Of a stretch of DNA of 64,000 nt, positions 12,943 through 25,884 are shown in pieces. A program made the translations under genes and the position numbers. A model generated the notes under the pieces. It saw only the letters and a list, made by a program, of their open reading frames with translations. It was not told where the DNA came from and searched no databases. The DNA lies in NCBI GenBank assembly GCA_000708835.1, contig DF236958.1, positions 314,692 through 378,691 on the forward strand, read 5' to 3'. This DNA comes from Klebsormidium nitens (Eukaryota; Plantae; Klebsormidiophyceae). Within the stretch, counting starts at the first letter, position 1. Every line of letters begins with the position of its first letter.

Positions 12943-15559
12943 ATGGCGAGCTCCACGATTGCTGCCAGCAGCCTGTCCAAGCTCGCGGGTTTCGCCGCGA
13001 CCACAGCGAGCACCTCCGCTGCTGTCGGCCAGAGGTAAGCATTGCAACGGGGTGGCGCCGAAACTCAAACGGTCGGCAGTGCAATTACGAGGGAAAGTAC
13101 TGTTTCTTACGGCACTGCAGCTAAGAAAATTTTGAGGCGTTGAGGAACCTAGTGCGTGCGCTGTGGATAGGATTGATGGTTGCGCGAGTTTGTTTGTCAA
13201 TCAAGCGGGTTCACATATGGGCAGTCTTGCGGCATTGCCCCTTCCGCCGCACAATAGATCCTCAGTCATGCTCGAAACTGAGTTAGAAGAGCAGCATTGC
13301 AACAGGCATTTCCAAAGTAAATACACTGGAGCAGCAACCTGTAGCAGTAGAATGCAGTTTCTCAATTGGAGGAAAACACGTTTATGCAACTTTTCTTTTT
13401 CCTGTTCTGCCTGCGGAGAATGCGACCAATCTCAGGCTGGCACTGTCAAGTGTCTGAAAGTACTCGCACAAACAGCCACCTAAACCCACAATTGCACCCA
13501 CAATTGCTTCAGAATAAGGGCCCATACAGGCTCATCCTCACAGACATCTCCCTGAAAGACGTGTACTCCCCATTCTTCCTCTGCAGGTCCAGCTTCTTCG
13601 CTGGCCGCGCTCTGGTGAGCCGCCCCGCAGTCCAGTGCAATGCCCGCGTTTCTATGTCCTCAGACCAGAAGGTTGACCCCTACTTCGGAGTGGGTGTCTG
13701 GATCCCTGGCCTCGTCCGCCCCGACCACCTCGACGGCTCCCTCCCTGCGTAAGTTATTGAGCATCTTGTTCCCTCTCTCCAAAAGTATAGTCTTCAAGGG
13801 GGTCGAAGTTAAACACTCCTCTTATATGTATATTGCCTTGGGTTTGGGCCACAATTTGGCCCTTGTCTGCTGATCTTGAGGCCGTACTAGTTTTTTGAAT
13901 TGTTGGAGCTTCGCATAATGGTCGTGCCATAGGAGCGAAGAAATGCAGACTGAGTACTTCGAGCTGGTTGACTGCTTTGCCCCTCATTGATGTTGTTTTG
14001 CGGTTGCGATACACGCTGCTGGTCATTTACTGCCACTTCCAACTAGCCAGTGCTTACTGAGGCACTCATCTCCAGCCCTCCCTTCTGGCCTTGTACTTTT
14101 TTAGGGCGTTGCTAAGCCGCCAACCAGGCATCTGGACAGGTCTCTCACCCGCGTTACAATCCTGGTCAAGTTGCACACAGAGTGATAGCAGCTACTGGAA
14201 TCAATGGCTTGAGTGACTCTTTAAGGCAACAATGCTCAAACCCACAAGAACAAATTCCACTTACTTGGTTGTTATTTCCCTGATCAACCCCTCAAAAGTG
14301 TCCTTTTACCTCTGCAGTGACTTTGGCTTCGACCCCCTCGGCCTCTCTGTCACTGAGACCGTTCGGAACCGTCTGGTTGAGGGTGAGGTGATGAACGGAC
14401 GGTTTGCCATGCTCGCGGTTGTGGGCGCCATTGTGCCTGAGCTGCTGGGCAAGGGCAACTTCGGAGACATTGCCGCGTCCGCTCCCTTCGGAAGCACCAT
14501 CCTGGGTTTGGAGCCTGTTGGTGTGAGTATATTCTCGCTCTCTTTCTCTTGAATAGTCTGCTGCATTGCCCTGCAGCGTCCTGAAGCCAAGGACTTCTGT
14601 GTTCTTTTCAGGGTTCAGTCGCACTGCAGATGAAGCAATGAGGTTTCTCGAGATTCCGATATTTTCTGACTCCTAGCCTTCAGTAAAGTTGCAAGCATTT
14701 TGTGCCCCGTCAGTAGCACCTGCCTCTTGTCCACTCGATTGATCAACAGACAGGGTGAAGACTTGCTTTACTAGCTTTCCTAGTGCAAGTCTCTCGGCAG
14801 ATTATACTTTGGCAGATTACACCTGTTCCATGTCCCAGATCAAGAAGAATCAGAACTCTTGACACGTCTGCGTCTCTCTACTTCAGGTCCCTGCTGAGTG
14901 GCCCGGCATCGCTGCTCTGTTCGTTGCGGGTGCCGCCGAGAGCCTCCGGCTGCGCGCTGAGATCACCAAGGGCTACGGCAGCTACGATGATGTCAGCAGC
15001 TTCTTGTACCCCGGGTTCGACCCCCTCGGCTTCGCCAAGGGTGACGACGCAAAGGTCAAGGACATGAGGACCAGGGTCAGTAGACACTTCACACCTGCCC
15101 TTGTTTACTTTCGAATGTGTCCAGATTCTGTTCCTTTTGACTTGCATACCCGTCTGCAATACTCTTCTGTTTCGAAATTAACTTCTTGATTGCATCTGAT
15201 CGTCTGGGACTATTTTTTGGAAACACCAGGCTGCAACGAGAGCGGAAGCCATTGTACACCACTTGCACTCCTACAAAGCTGTACTCTGACAAGGCTGGCC
15301 CTCTCTTTACACGAAGCTCTGTTGTACAAACGAGAATAAAAAGAGTTGGCAGAACACCTTCGTTTTACTGTCTCAGGCGGGCGCTCAATGGACTTGTGCT
15401 CTATGCGTGCAGGAGATTAAGAACGGGCGGTTGGCGATGATTGCCTTCATCGGGTTCCTCCAGCAGTACCTCGTGACCGGACAGGGCCCATTGACCAACC
15501 TGAGCCAACATTTGGCCAACCCCCACGCCAACTGGTTCTTCAGCCAATCCCAGTTGTAG
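12943..15559 (+). CDS. Chlorophyll a/b-binding (LHC) protein, divergent LHCI-like, paralog B (Asn at helix-B ligand)
   Basis: Exons 12943-13034, 13587-13748, 14318-14522, 14887-15075, 15413-15559, phases consistent. Motifs [71 protein letters not shown]. Confidence 0.95.
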
Positions 15560-16802
15560 GCCCCGGTTCTAAAGCGTCGCCCACATTCTGTATTTAGAAA
15601 GCAGTCCTCCTTACTGGTGTTTGTCGTGAGGAACTGCCCAGGACGGGAAGGCTCGTTCTCAAGCGGGCCCAAGAATTGACGAAGCCCCCCGTTTCAGGCA
15701 GGCAGTCGATCAGATCCGATACAGGTCCGGACCACGAGTTGTTCACAGTTTCGTGTCGAAAAGTGCACCTACGTTGAGAGAAGGGTGACCCAGTCCGTCC
15801 CCCGCGTTAGGGCCTGTCTGTACAGTCGATTTTCCGAGGCATTGAAACACTCCCAGCGACAATAATGGAAGTTCTAAGCACGTGTCCTGGCCTCCCATCT
15901 TCGCCTCTTGAGTCGGACAGCATTCATAGGATCGTACCCTTTCATTGAATCACTGATGTGCGGTCCCTGCGTGTTCATGGTTCTTGCTTTGACATGTTAC
16001 ACGCTCGAATTTGATACCTTCATCCCAACTAGTTGAGTACTCAAGGTGCGTCATCTTGATGCTTGGGCTTCCACGTTGCCCCCGTTACAAAGGGCCTATC
16101 GCTCCTCTTGATGGTACCAGGTATGTATCGGGCTCGATATGTAGGGTACACACATGATGTGGTCCTTACATGCGGACGATTGTGCACACTCGCCCGTGCA
16201 TGCTGCAATGTAACGCACGAATTCCATCCATGGACGGCGCTCTACATGTGAGTCTCTTGCGCCTATACATTGGCATAGAAGAGAAGGTCCATTGTTTGGC
16301 GGGGTAATACATGTAGGTTGTCCCACACTGCATCCAACCGCGCATCGTGTCACATGTTCTCAACACAGAAGTAGCTTCAAGCGCACTGAGACCAGCTACT
16401 TAGAACCTAGATTTCTGGCAAATAACTGATTTGCGTCATGACGCCTTGAGCGTCCCAGCAATGGCCGAGCGCCTCAACACATACACGAAAGCCGCCCAAA
16501 AGCTTTGAGCGGCGCTTGTTCGTCTCATGAATACTTGTCCTCCCCCATTGCAGCCGCGGACTGAGAGGCCTCACATGCGTGATTGCCATCTGTATTAAAA
16601 CCTCGAACACCTGTGCGGCTCTGTAACCTGCTGTAAACCCGTCCTAGTTTGATGTTGACGTTGCCCCTGCGCCCCTGCGTCATTCCCTGCCGTATCTATT
16701 TGACAGAAGCGTTCGATACAACAAATGCTGGCTAGTGTTTGTGGACATGTCCAAGTTCAGAAATCTGATCACAGAGACGTCTCGAGTGTAACTCGATTGG
16801 GT

Positions 16803-19800
16803 TCACTTTGGCCGGGGCGACCCACCACTCTTTGCCGACAGCAGTGGAGTCAAGTCTCCAGCCACAATGTTTAGAACGATGGTCTCTTGGCCCCGTCGGG
16901 TCTTCACTTTGATAAGCTGCGGCCAGACAAGTCAATCTCAGGCAAGATCTGCTGACGTCAGTTCGTCAGACACTGTCATTCTGCCCCTTAGCAATATTCA
17001 GGCGCCGCGGGGAGAAGCAGAAACTCAGTCTCGCACGGACTCTTGCCTACTTACCCGTCATGGATCTTGACTAGAATGCCGAATCCCCTCAAGCCAGAGG
17101 GGCTTATAAAACAAGCCTTTGAAGCCACCAGGGTTCCAAGGAAGAGAGACATTAAGGGGAGAGCTTATCAACAGGGTTCGGCCCCGGCCAACACAAACAA
17201 ACAGACCACTCAGACTGAAACCGATTAAAAAGCAGTCCAGACTCCTGGCTTTTGGAGGACAGTGGCATGCAAAGCAGAGCTTTGAATCTTCAAAGAGCCC
17301 ACCTGGCCGACGTCACTGTATGCGATGACGCACTGCAGCTCGCCCGCGGAGCGCAGCCGCCGGCCGTCCATCTCCAAGATGACGTCACCCGAGCGCAGGC
17401 CGGCGGCCTCGGCCGGGGAGCCGTCGGCGATCTGGGGCCACAGCAGAAGTGCGTGTGGGTGTGTATGCCTCCACTAGTGTGAGACAGTTGGGTGATTTTG
17501 GCTTCTGAATAAGCCAATTCGCATCTACTTCGACCGACGAAGTACCGCATAGGATGGCCTAAACTGGCCTTTACGTTTTATGGACGGTCGTAGAGAATTT
17601 GGATGTACGGAAGTCGAGATTCGGACGGTGCGGGGTGTAGCTTGGGCAGAGTACGTGATCTGAAATACCAAATCCAGAATTTCACACAGGTACATCAAAA
17701 TAAGGAGAATGAAACAGCACTACTCCAATCGCTGATAGCATGTTCTCGTTTTAGACTGCGAAGCAGGGTGATCCCCAAAGGTTCGGTGCCCACTTGCTGC
17801 GCTATGGGTCTGTAGCGGTGCCTGGCGACGAGTACGAGTTAGACGCTGATAGATGGAAGAGGTACGACGCGCGCGCACATTGTAGGCGCGGAAGGTGCCG
17901 GTCGCTGGCTCCAAGGAGATGACGTATGAGCGCCCTTCTTGAGTGGAGCCCTTTTAGCCGCTTTGAACTACCATTTCAGCAGCGCTCTCGAATTTATTGT
18001 TCCGACCAGTTGCGACAAAGTGCCGTCACATATCCAGGGCGTTGAGAAGAGACACTTGCACTGAAGCCCAGACAAAGGGCGCCTTGTCTCATCTTTCGCA
18101 GCAGTGCCCTTTCGCCTCCAGTTGTCAACACCCCAAATTTCGTAACATAGGACTTAAGAAAAACGGCAACGGTACGCGCAGCCGGACTGTGCAGCATTCG
18201 ATATCGAAACACAATTGTTAACTCACAATGCGCAGAAAATATGCAGAAAAGGGCGAGAGGCACACGGCTCACGTTCGCAACCAAGAGGCCCCCGACCTCC
18301 GGCAAGACCCCCCGGGAGCCGGGCTCGGTGTTGTGCTGACGTGCCAGCCCGGGTGTGATCGTCACCACTTGCACGCCGATGTAAGCGTGACGCATGGGCA
18401 GGCCCTGGCTAAGGACGTCGACGATCTTGCGGGCCTGCAGCGGAGAACGTCCGATGAACAGTGCAACTCGAGATTCTTACTGTTAGGTTCTTGCTTGCAG
18501 ATTGAGCTCGCAATTCCAGAAGAGTAAAGTTATCAAAGTTTCCGGGGTTTGTCAAGAGTCCGCGTTCTCATTTATAGCATCCGCGATGCAAACGTTTGCC
18601 AAGCGCCGTCCGCAGACTACTCCTACCGGGCTCAATCGTTTGCCGGCGTTACCTTTCCTGATGTGTCGAGAAGAGCGCTACGAACCATACCAGCTTGAAT
18701 CGGGCGCTATCCAACTACTTACATCTTACGCAAAAGGGCTTGGAGAATGCCTCGAAGTATCCAAGCACAAATAAAATTTGATCCGTTGGAGCCTCACGTA
18801 GTTGATGGGGATCGCGAAGCTAATGCCCTCCGCGTCCGCTCGGATCGCCGTGTTGATCCCGACCACCTTGCCGAATTCGTTTAGGAGGGGTCCCCCCGAG
18901 TTGCCCGGGTTGATGGCGCAGTCCGTCTGGAGGAAGTCTACCCGTTTCTCCGGGATGCCGATCTCGGCGGCCTGTCGGTGCAGACAGCTCACGATACCTA
19001 GAGTCACGGTGTTGTCCAGGCCGAAAGGATTGCCCACCTGAGGAAAGAGGTGGGTATGACGTCAGAGACGCCAGTTGACGTCAGGCTGGGAAGAGAAGGA
19101 CGGCATAAGGGCAGGGACAAACGACACTATCCCACAAGGATTTCATGCAAGACTTACTCGCATCGGAGGGGATAAGGATTGTTGCATCCTGACGGCAGTT
19201 CCATCTTCAAAAGGCGTCAGATTTCATACTACAGTCGTGAACCTGAGTTCATAGGAAAAGTATTATCCGACGGCCTACAATCCGTGGTACGATCACCACA
19301 ATATGTGGCAGGGCCTTCGGCGACCCAGCAAGGCCTGTGAGAAGTCTTCTGGTCGCCTGGGTGGGGACCAGTCCTCGACACCTGTTAAAGTATCGACGAA
19401 GAAAAGCTGAAGTCTCGGTCGCGGCGCTCACCGCTATGACCCAATCCCCGACCTCTAGGCTGTTGCTGTCCCCGAGTGGCGCATTCGGCAGGCTCTCCCA
19501 TTGGGGCAGCTCCACTTTGATCACCGCCAAATCAGTCAGCTCGTCCGTGCCCACGACCACGCCCCGAAACGTGCGCCCATCAGTGAAAGTGACCTGCAAT
19601 CACAGTAAACCCGAATTCTGTTGGTTAGCGCAATGAGGTGATACACTTCCGTGGTTGAGGATTATAGTCTGGCATAAAATCTGTGCAACATTCAGCGCCC
19701 TGGCGTAAGCCGGAACCGGGAGATCTGTCAGCACGTGGAGGAGCGGGTCCAATACCGAGCTGCGACCTACATTGGGCTCGTTTACCTTCTGAAGGGCGTT

Positions 19801-21734
19801 ATGCAACAGACAAAGAAGAGGGGGCCGACTAAATCTCAAGTAGAGATGTTGGCAGAGAAACAAACAACTATTGGATCGTCACCTAGGAGGAACAAGGAGA
19901 CTACTTTGATTCAGAAGGTTCAACGCTCTTCAGAGGTTTGAGTCAGCGTTAGAGTTTGATTGTACGGAAGGGTGCCAACACGAGAGAGCGCAAGAGCGCA
20001 AAAGCAGATTCGTGAAAAGCCGAAGAGCAGTTTGTTCAGTTGTAAGTCTTAGGAAACATTGGAGCGGATGTTGATGCATCTTCTGTGTGGGCGGTGTATA
20101 TCCAATCAGGCGATTTTGACTGGCACAGTCCGGTTCAATTAAAAGTTGGTCTCAGTAAGAAGAGCGGTGACAGTGTCAATATTGTTCCCGGATCTCCAGA
20201 TGCCCATTTCTTGACAAGGAAGGGGACTCACCAGAACGGTGTCCGCTCGATTGATGACGTGGGCGTTCGTCACGATGATCCCCTGCCGCCCGTCGACCAC
20301 GAACCCGCTCCCCTGCCCTTGTTCCCGGTCCTTTGCCCGGTCCTCCAGCGCCAAATCGTCCCCCCCGAAAAACTTGCTGAACAAGTCCTTACCCCCCGCT
20401 TCGCTCGGCTGATTCCTCTCCGTGTTTATCCGCACAACCGACGGCCCCACCCGCTCGGCCGCAGCCCGCACGAACGAGTTTCCCTTCGTCGGGAACCGCA
20501 AGATGAGTTTGAACGGCAGCCCGGATCCCCTCCGCGAATCGCCGCATAACTTGACGGGCGAGTCTGTGGGGGGCGGAGTTTCGGGTGGGCTTATGGAGAA
20601 AGCGGTGGCTCGTGCGGGCTCACTGCCCGTGTCCCATACCGCGCGGCTCGCGAAGGGGTCGGCGCCAGCGGGCGGGTTTACGAACGGAAGCTGGTAGCTG
20701 GCTGACGTCATGACTGATCCGCCTGGCTCGACGACGGCGCCGGAGTCCCACGTCACGGGCCGCGTTCTGAAGACGTCGGAAAGAGTCTGCGAGCTGGCTA
20801 TTGAGATGCCTGCAGCTGTGTCTGGAGCGGATGGTCCGCTTGCACTTTGTTGTGATCTTCTGATACTCCAACTTTTATGTTGGGATGCTGATGGCTTGGT
20901 GGGGAAAGCTTCGGAAGCGGAAGGCCCTGCTTGCGAACTAGATGCAGATCTTTCCAGCTGCCAACCTTCCTGCTCGGCTGAAACAAGGCCCGATGCATGA
21001 TGCTGAGTAGACTCCCCTTCTAACCTACGATGAAGAGCTTTGGCTCTCGGGAACAACACTGGTTTCTGGTCATGATCTGCTGATTCGAAACTTGAACGAG
21101 AACCTTTGCACTGTTCGGAAGGCTGCTGTACAGCAACTTCACTTGAATGCTGAAACGCAGTGACGTCCTTTGGTTCTCCAGAGCTTGAGCGGTGGACTGT
21201 TGAAATAGTACTTACTGGAGGCTGACTTTTGGGCCTGGTCTTCTGACTGGATAAAAAGAGCCAATACGATGTGGCTGGAAGGAGCGCCGCAACAAGAAAG
21301 CCAACCGCAAACTCCAACATGAAGCTTGCCCATCGAATTGAGCCCTCCCTCTCTGAGGAATTACTACCACTTTCAGACTGCAAGTCTGTATAGATTGACC
21401 AACAACTCGCTCTTTGAGACTCTGTCTTTAGTAGGGAAGACTCGCTCTGGCTTGAATGGGGCAAAGAACTCGACGCACAGGGTAAAGAGGCTTTGGAGTG
21501 ACGGCGTGATCTGACGGACCCGGGCCAATCCCAGGGTCTGTTGAAACTGGGTGTTTGAATGCTCCACTTTGAGGACTTTCCAAGCAGCGTCCCTTCGTCT
21601 TCCCATTGAAGCACCCTACGAGTACGTGGCGGAGCACGGCTACGCAAGTTGACCTGCAAGACAAAAATCTTATCTGCATGATCTGGAAGTACTGTGTAAT
21701 ACAAGCGCTCTTGTTGAGCGTCCGAAATAGTCAT
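16803..21734 (-). CDS. Deg/HtrA serine protease with C-terminal PDZ domain, DEG14/HhoA-like, with a long N-terminal extension (start codon uncertain)
   Basis: Exons ~21734-20232, 19593-19432, 19037-18798, 18434-18273, 17431-17303, 16916-16803. Catalytic triad TNAHV / DLAV / GNSGG; [17 protein letters not shown]; GIVSC and QTDCAIN as in plant DEG14; [26 protein letters not shown]. Confidence 0.93.
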
Positions 21735-22458
21735 GTCAAGAGCTACATGTGGGAGGGGCACTGAGAATCATCTGCCACTGAGGTTGGCTAGCCAACCATG
21801 CTGTCAACAGCGCATCGACCTATGCTTAGATGTGACTTTCCTGTGAGGAGCCCCAGACTCCCCTCCACAGTGGGAGCGGGTAGTCATCACACCTCATGAT
21901 CCTATCCTTCAAGTCCACATGAAGACCACCTTTTCTAAAAGAAGTTGACAAGTGTTGGGCCTCTTTCTGTAAAGTAAAAACTTCATTCTGCTATCACTTT
22001 TCGCAGTAGCAATCACATGAAAAACTCACATTGCAATGCGCTTTCACATTGATGTGGCGTGAGCCCCTTTTGGAGCATGAGTGCCCCTTCGTAGTTGCAG
22101 GTGAGTTGCAGCTTCCAAAGCAACACGTTGTCCGAGCTTGTGCTGTCTGACTGACAGCCATTGCGTGCCCTTCCCATAGACCCCGCCACCCCTTCTCCCT
22201 ATGTTTAAACAGTCATTCACCAGTTGCCGCTGCAGACTTCAGCTCGATCCAGCTCACTCGGGCTCACGTTAGGTATGCACCACTCTGCTCTGTGCAGAGT
22301 CGAGCGAATGGCCTGCTATTCAGCTGAATGGCACCCACCTACACCAAGTTGTCAGCATCATGACATTGATTGAGCGTCATGTTGCGCCAACCTTAAAATA
22401 CGTCCTCCTTGTTTGATGTTCGACGTCTTGGTTGCAGGTTCACAGATCTACTAGTACT

Positions 22459-24962
22459 ATGGGTGAGCCCTTGGCCCACAGGCTAACTGGTGCTTAACTC
22501 CAATTCGGATCAGCAAAAGATGGCAGCCGGTTCTGAAAACTGTGCCAGAAGGTACCTACTTAGTCAGGATTTCCCCTCTGCAAGGATGCCACAAACAAAC
22601 GGCTTGCTGCACACCAGGAAAACGGGAAAGTTAGTCAAAGGTTGCGAATCCAAACTTGTAAACCCGGGTTCGAAGAGTACAAACCCCGGGTTTCTGCCGT
22701 GCTGGGTTTGACACTGAGAGCTGGCTCGACGTGCCCACAAGTTCAACTTCTGGTATATGGTGGCCAGCTTTCAGGGGTTGAGATTTTGAACCGATGACAG
22801 CTTGTTTTGTCGATTGCATGTAAGAGCTGGAGAAGTGCTGCCATGGCCTCTGTCCTTCACATTGAAGGTGTCGCATCGCTGGCACTGCTACCAGATGGGT
22901 GCATCTCAGGGCACCTTATTGACGCCGTCACCAAAATGTCGTACGGTATATTCGGAAAAGGTGAATAAAGCTGGAGTGGACTGGCGGCGCTTGACTTCCA
23001 CGGAGAGAGAACAGCTCATGCCAATTTCTGAGAGTGCCAGTAGTTTGTTGGGTGCTAAGAATTTCAAGATTGCATTGATGGTACGAAAAAACTTTTTCTT
23101 TGGAGACATGTCTTGTTAATCAACCGCAGAAGCTCCTACTTTTTCAGCAGCTCATCTCAGTCCCGACCAGAGTTTCCTCAGGTTGGGACACTTGCATCTG
23201 AGAAGCTGTATGCATTGGCCGCCTAGAGGTTTGGTCCTCAAGCACCATCTAGAATGATGTTGCTCATACATTGGGGTCTCTTGCTGCTTTGCAGAGATTA
23301 AGTGTGAGCGTGAGTGTAGCCGGGGGGAAGACTACAAGCTCGTGGACTTGACGATCCTGGAGTTCAAGGTCAGTTTCCAATCTTATGAAAGGCAATAAGA
23401 ACCTGTCCTTATCTTTTACTGCCATCTGCACGTTATGTGAAACTCCTGTCCTCATGAGCTGGCCACCGTACTTTTGAAGCACACAAATTGAAATGCAATC
23501 AGCTGTTTTATGCTTGGCAGCTGGGTTGGTGTGGCTGCCAATCCTGTGAGCATTACCTTCTTCCGGACCACATCTAACTTTCTCTGTCCACTTTTGGTTG
23601 AGGTGCACTAGATCAGAGCTGGACTCTTTATTAGGCACTGTGTCGCAAGTGCACCCGATTTGTGTACTGAATGGTTTCCTTGTGCATACAGAGTCAGAAG
23701 GAATGTACACTAGTGGTCGAGCAAAGAGGCGCAGATGCAGCCAGGATCAGAACAGCGGAAGATGCCCATGGGTAAGTATGGACTGCAGATCAGGCTGACG
23801 CATATTTACTGCTTGATAACTCTACTGCTGAGGTTATCGGACGCTCAGAACTCAAAATATCAAAGTCTTTCAAGGCCCTTCGTTGCGCAACAAACTTTCA
23901 AGAGCAGACTGAATGCTTGTTGTGGCTGCTCAGTCAAGGCCTTCAGTCACAGTCATCCACTCAAGGAACCAGTATCATGCAATCAAGACAACTGTACATC
24001 GATTTTTTCTCGAAAAGTGTTCAACTAGGGGAGTCTGATCCATAGAAATATCCTCGTAAGCAGCCTCTCACACTTTTCACAAACTTGTTTCTCTGAGCCA
24101 AATGGGAAAGTGTTCTGCATCGCTGGAGATGGCGGAAGCTAAGGAATGCTTTTCCCGGTTCCAAGGGCGGGTCCGATTGTCCAGTACACGAACAAACGTT
24201 CAAGGAAATTTTGGAGAACCTTTTCGCAGGTGGGAGGAAGAAGTCCTCGAAGCAGCCAGAGAAGGACGGTCCGGAGCCCCGCCCAACGTCACGTTCGACT
24301 GCGAGACTCTGAAAGCGGACGCAGACGCACGGCGCCACATCCAAAGGTTCCTTCCCACTCTAGAGGGCCAAGATGCGGTCGTTAACGTTGGCAAGATGGT
24401 GGCTAGCGGGGTCAAGTTCGAGGCTACGAAAAGTAACAGAAAGCGTGACTCAGAGGAAGCGTTCTTTGGTGACGTCAGCAGAGGGCATGATGAGCGGGGC
24501 AGCTGTGGAAACACGGATGAAGGGAGGGGAGAATGGTTGGCGAAGAAGTGGAAGTTGGAGGAGGGGGCAGACGGCGGGGGATGGTTCACCAGGACGACAG
24601 AGAGCAAGACGGAAGTTGTGACATCAGAAGAAAAGGGCAGGAGTAACGGCTGTTCGAAAGCAGGAGATGAATCTGGAGGAACGGAAGCAATTCGACAGCT
24701 GCACGAGGGAACGTCGAGCGAGAGAGCGCAAGTCAGTGAAACGGCCGGCTCCGAGAGTCAAGATGAGGAGAAGAGCCGTGCTCGGACTGGAAATCTGGTA
24801 CGAAATGCAGAGGAACGAGCTTGCTTCGAAGGAACTTTGAGAGAAAGGTTGAGAAGTATAGAGGAAGCGATAGGGCTGCCAAGCGAAGGACAGCTGCGGC
24901 CCACACCACTCAGCAGAAAACTCATAGAGGAAGATGACACTGATAAAGAAGGGTGGCTGTAG
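22459..24962 (+). CDS. Uncharacterised protein (globular-looking N-terminus, acidic disordered C-terminus)
   Basis: Exons 22459-22462 (ATG G), 22895-22960, 23295-23368, 23692-23771, 24230-24962 with matching phases: MDGCISGHLIDAVTKMSYGIFGKEIKCERECSRGEDYKLVDLTILEFKSQKECTLVVEQRGADAARIRTAEDAHGWEEEVLEAAREG...FDCETLKAD...LPTLEGQDAVVNVGKM. No family assigned. Confidence 0.75.
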
Positions 24963-25884
24963 CTGTGGCCTCATCGACGCATCGTATTTCTGTACAGAGG
25001 GTGCTCATTGCTGACGGCCTGATTAGAACTTGAACCGCCGGAGGCAAGCTGGCCTGCGGATCTCGTCTGCCTGGAGTCAATGCTGGCAGAAATCTCCTTT
25101 GAGCTGCTTTTGTTCATGCCATCAAAGACGCCACGGCTGGTCTTGTTGAATCCCCTGAGTTGTCTTGATCCGATCCTGACGAGCCAAGACAGTGCATGTA
25201 TGATGGCGCGGCTATCCTATCTGCTTAATCGTGCCGACTTTGTTAAGCATGTATACGTGCACACTTTGAAGGTTTGATTGAGTCCCATTTGCATAACTGC
25301 CGAAACCGTCAAATGCAGCTAGCGTACCATTATGCCACCATGTCGAGAGTCGGCCGCAGCTGACCATGAAACCTCTCGTCTTATATCATTCGATCCTGTA
25401 TGTGTTGCCGGTCCAATCTTCTCATAAGCGTCGGAAAATACGTGCATGGGCAGGCTTGCAAAATATAGATCGTCGACGAGTAATCACGCACGTCCATAGA
25501 GTTTCATCGAATTGGATCCTGGTTAGTGCGCACGGTTGGATGACCCTGATTGCAAAAGTTTTCGCATTCGTTGAGAGACGCAGTTGGCCGCCTTTTCAGC
25601 CTACCACGTAGCCTCCGAGTGACCATGTTTGAGTGCGTCAGTTCCAAATACTCCTCCATTGGAACTGAAGGCAGAATAATTGTCATCGACATACAGCACA
25701 ACGTCTCAGTTGTTCAAACTTTTGATGCCAGACACTTGAATTAGACGGCAAGCGAAGGCTCTATGTACAACATTTCAGTTCTCCTAATGTACAATCTCGA
25801 AGGCATTTCTCAACGCCGGAGGTTTATTAGTCTAGCAAAATGCTTCAGTCACCGCCCTTTACGGGCGGTGAAGTCATATTTCCT

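Noticed and set aside
18798-19037. Cys residues near the protease active site (GIVSC, QTDCAIN) as a novel redox switch
   Set aside because: These match the usual plant DEG14 signature as I recall it, so they are not new.
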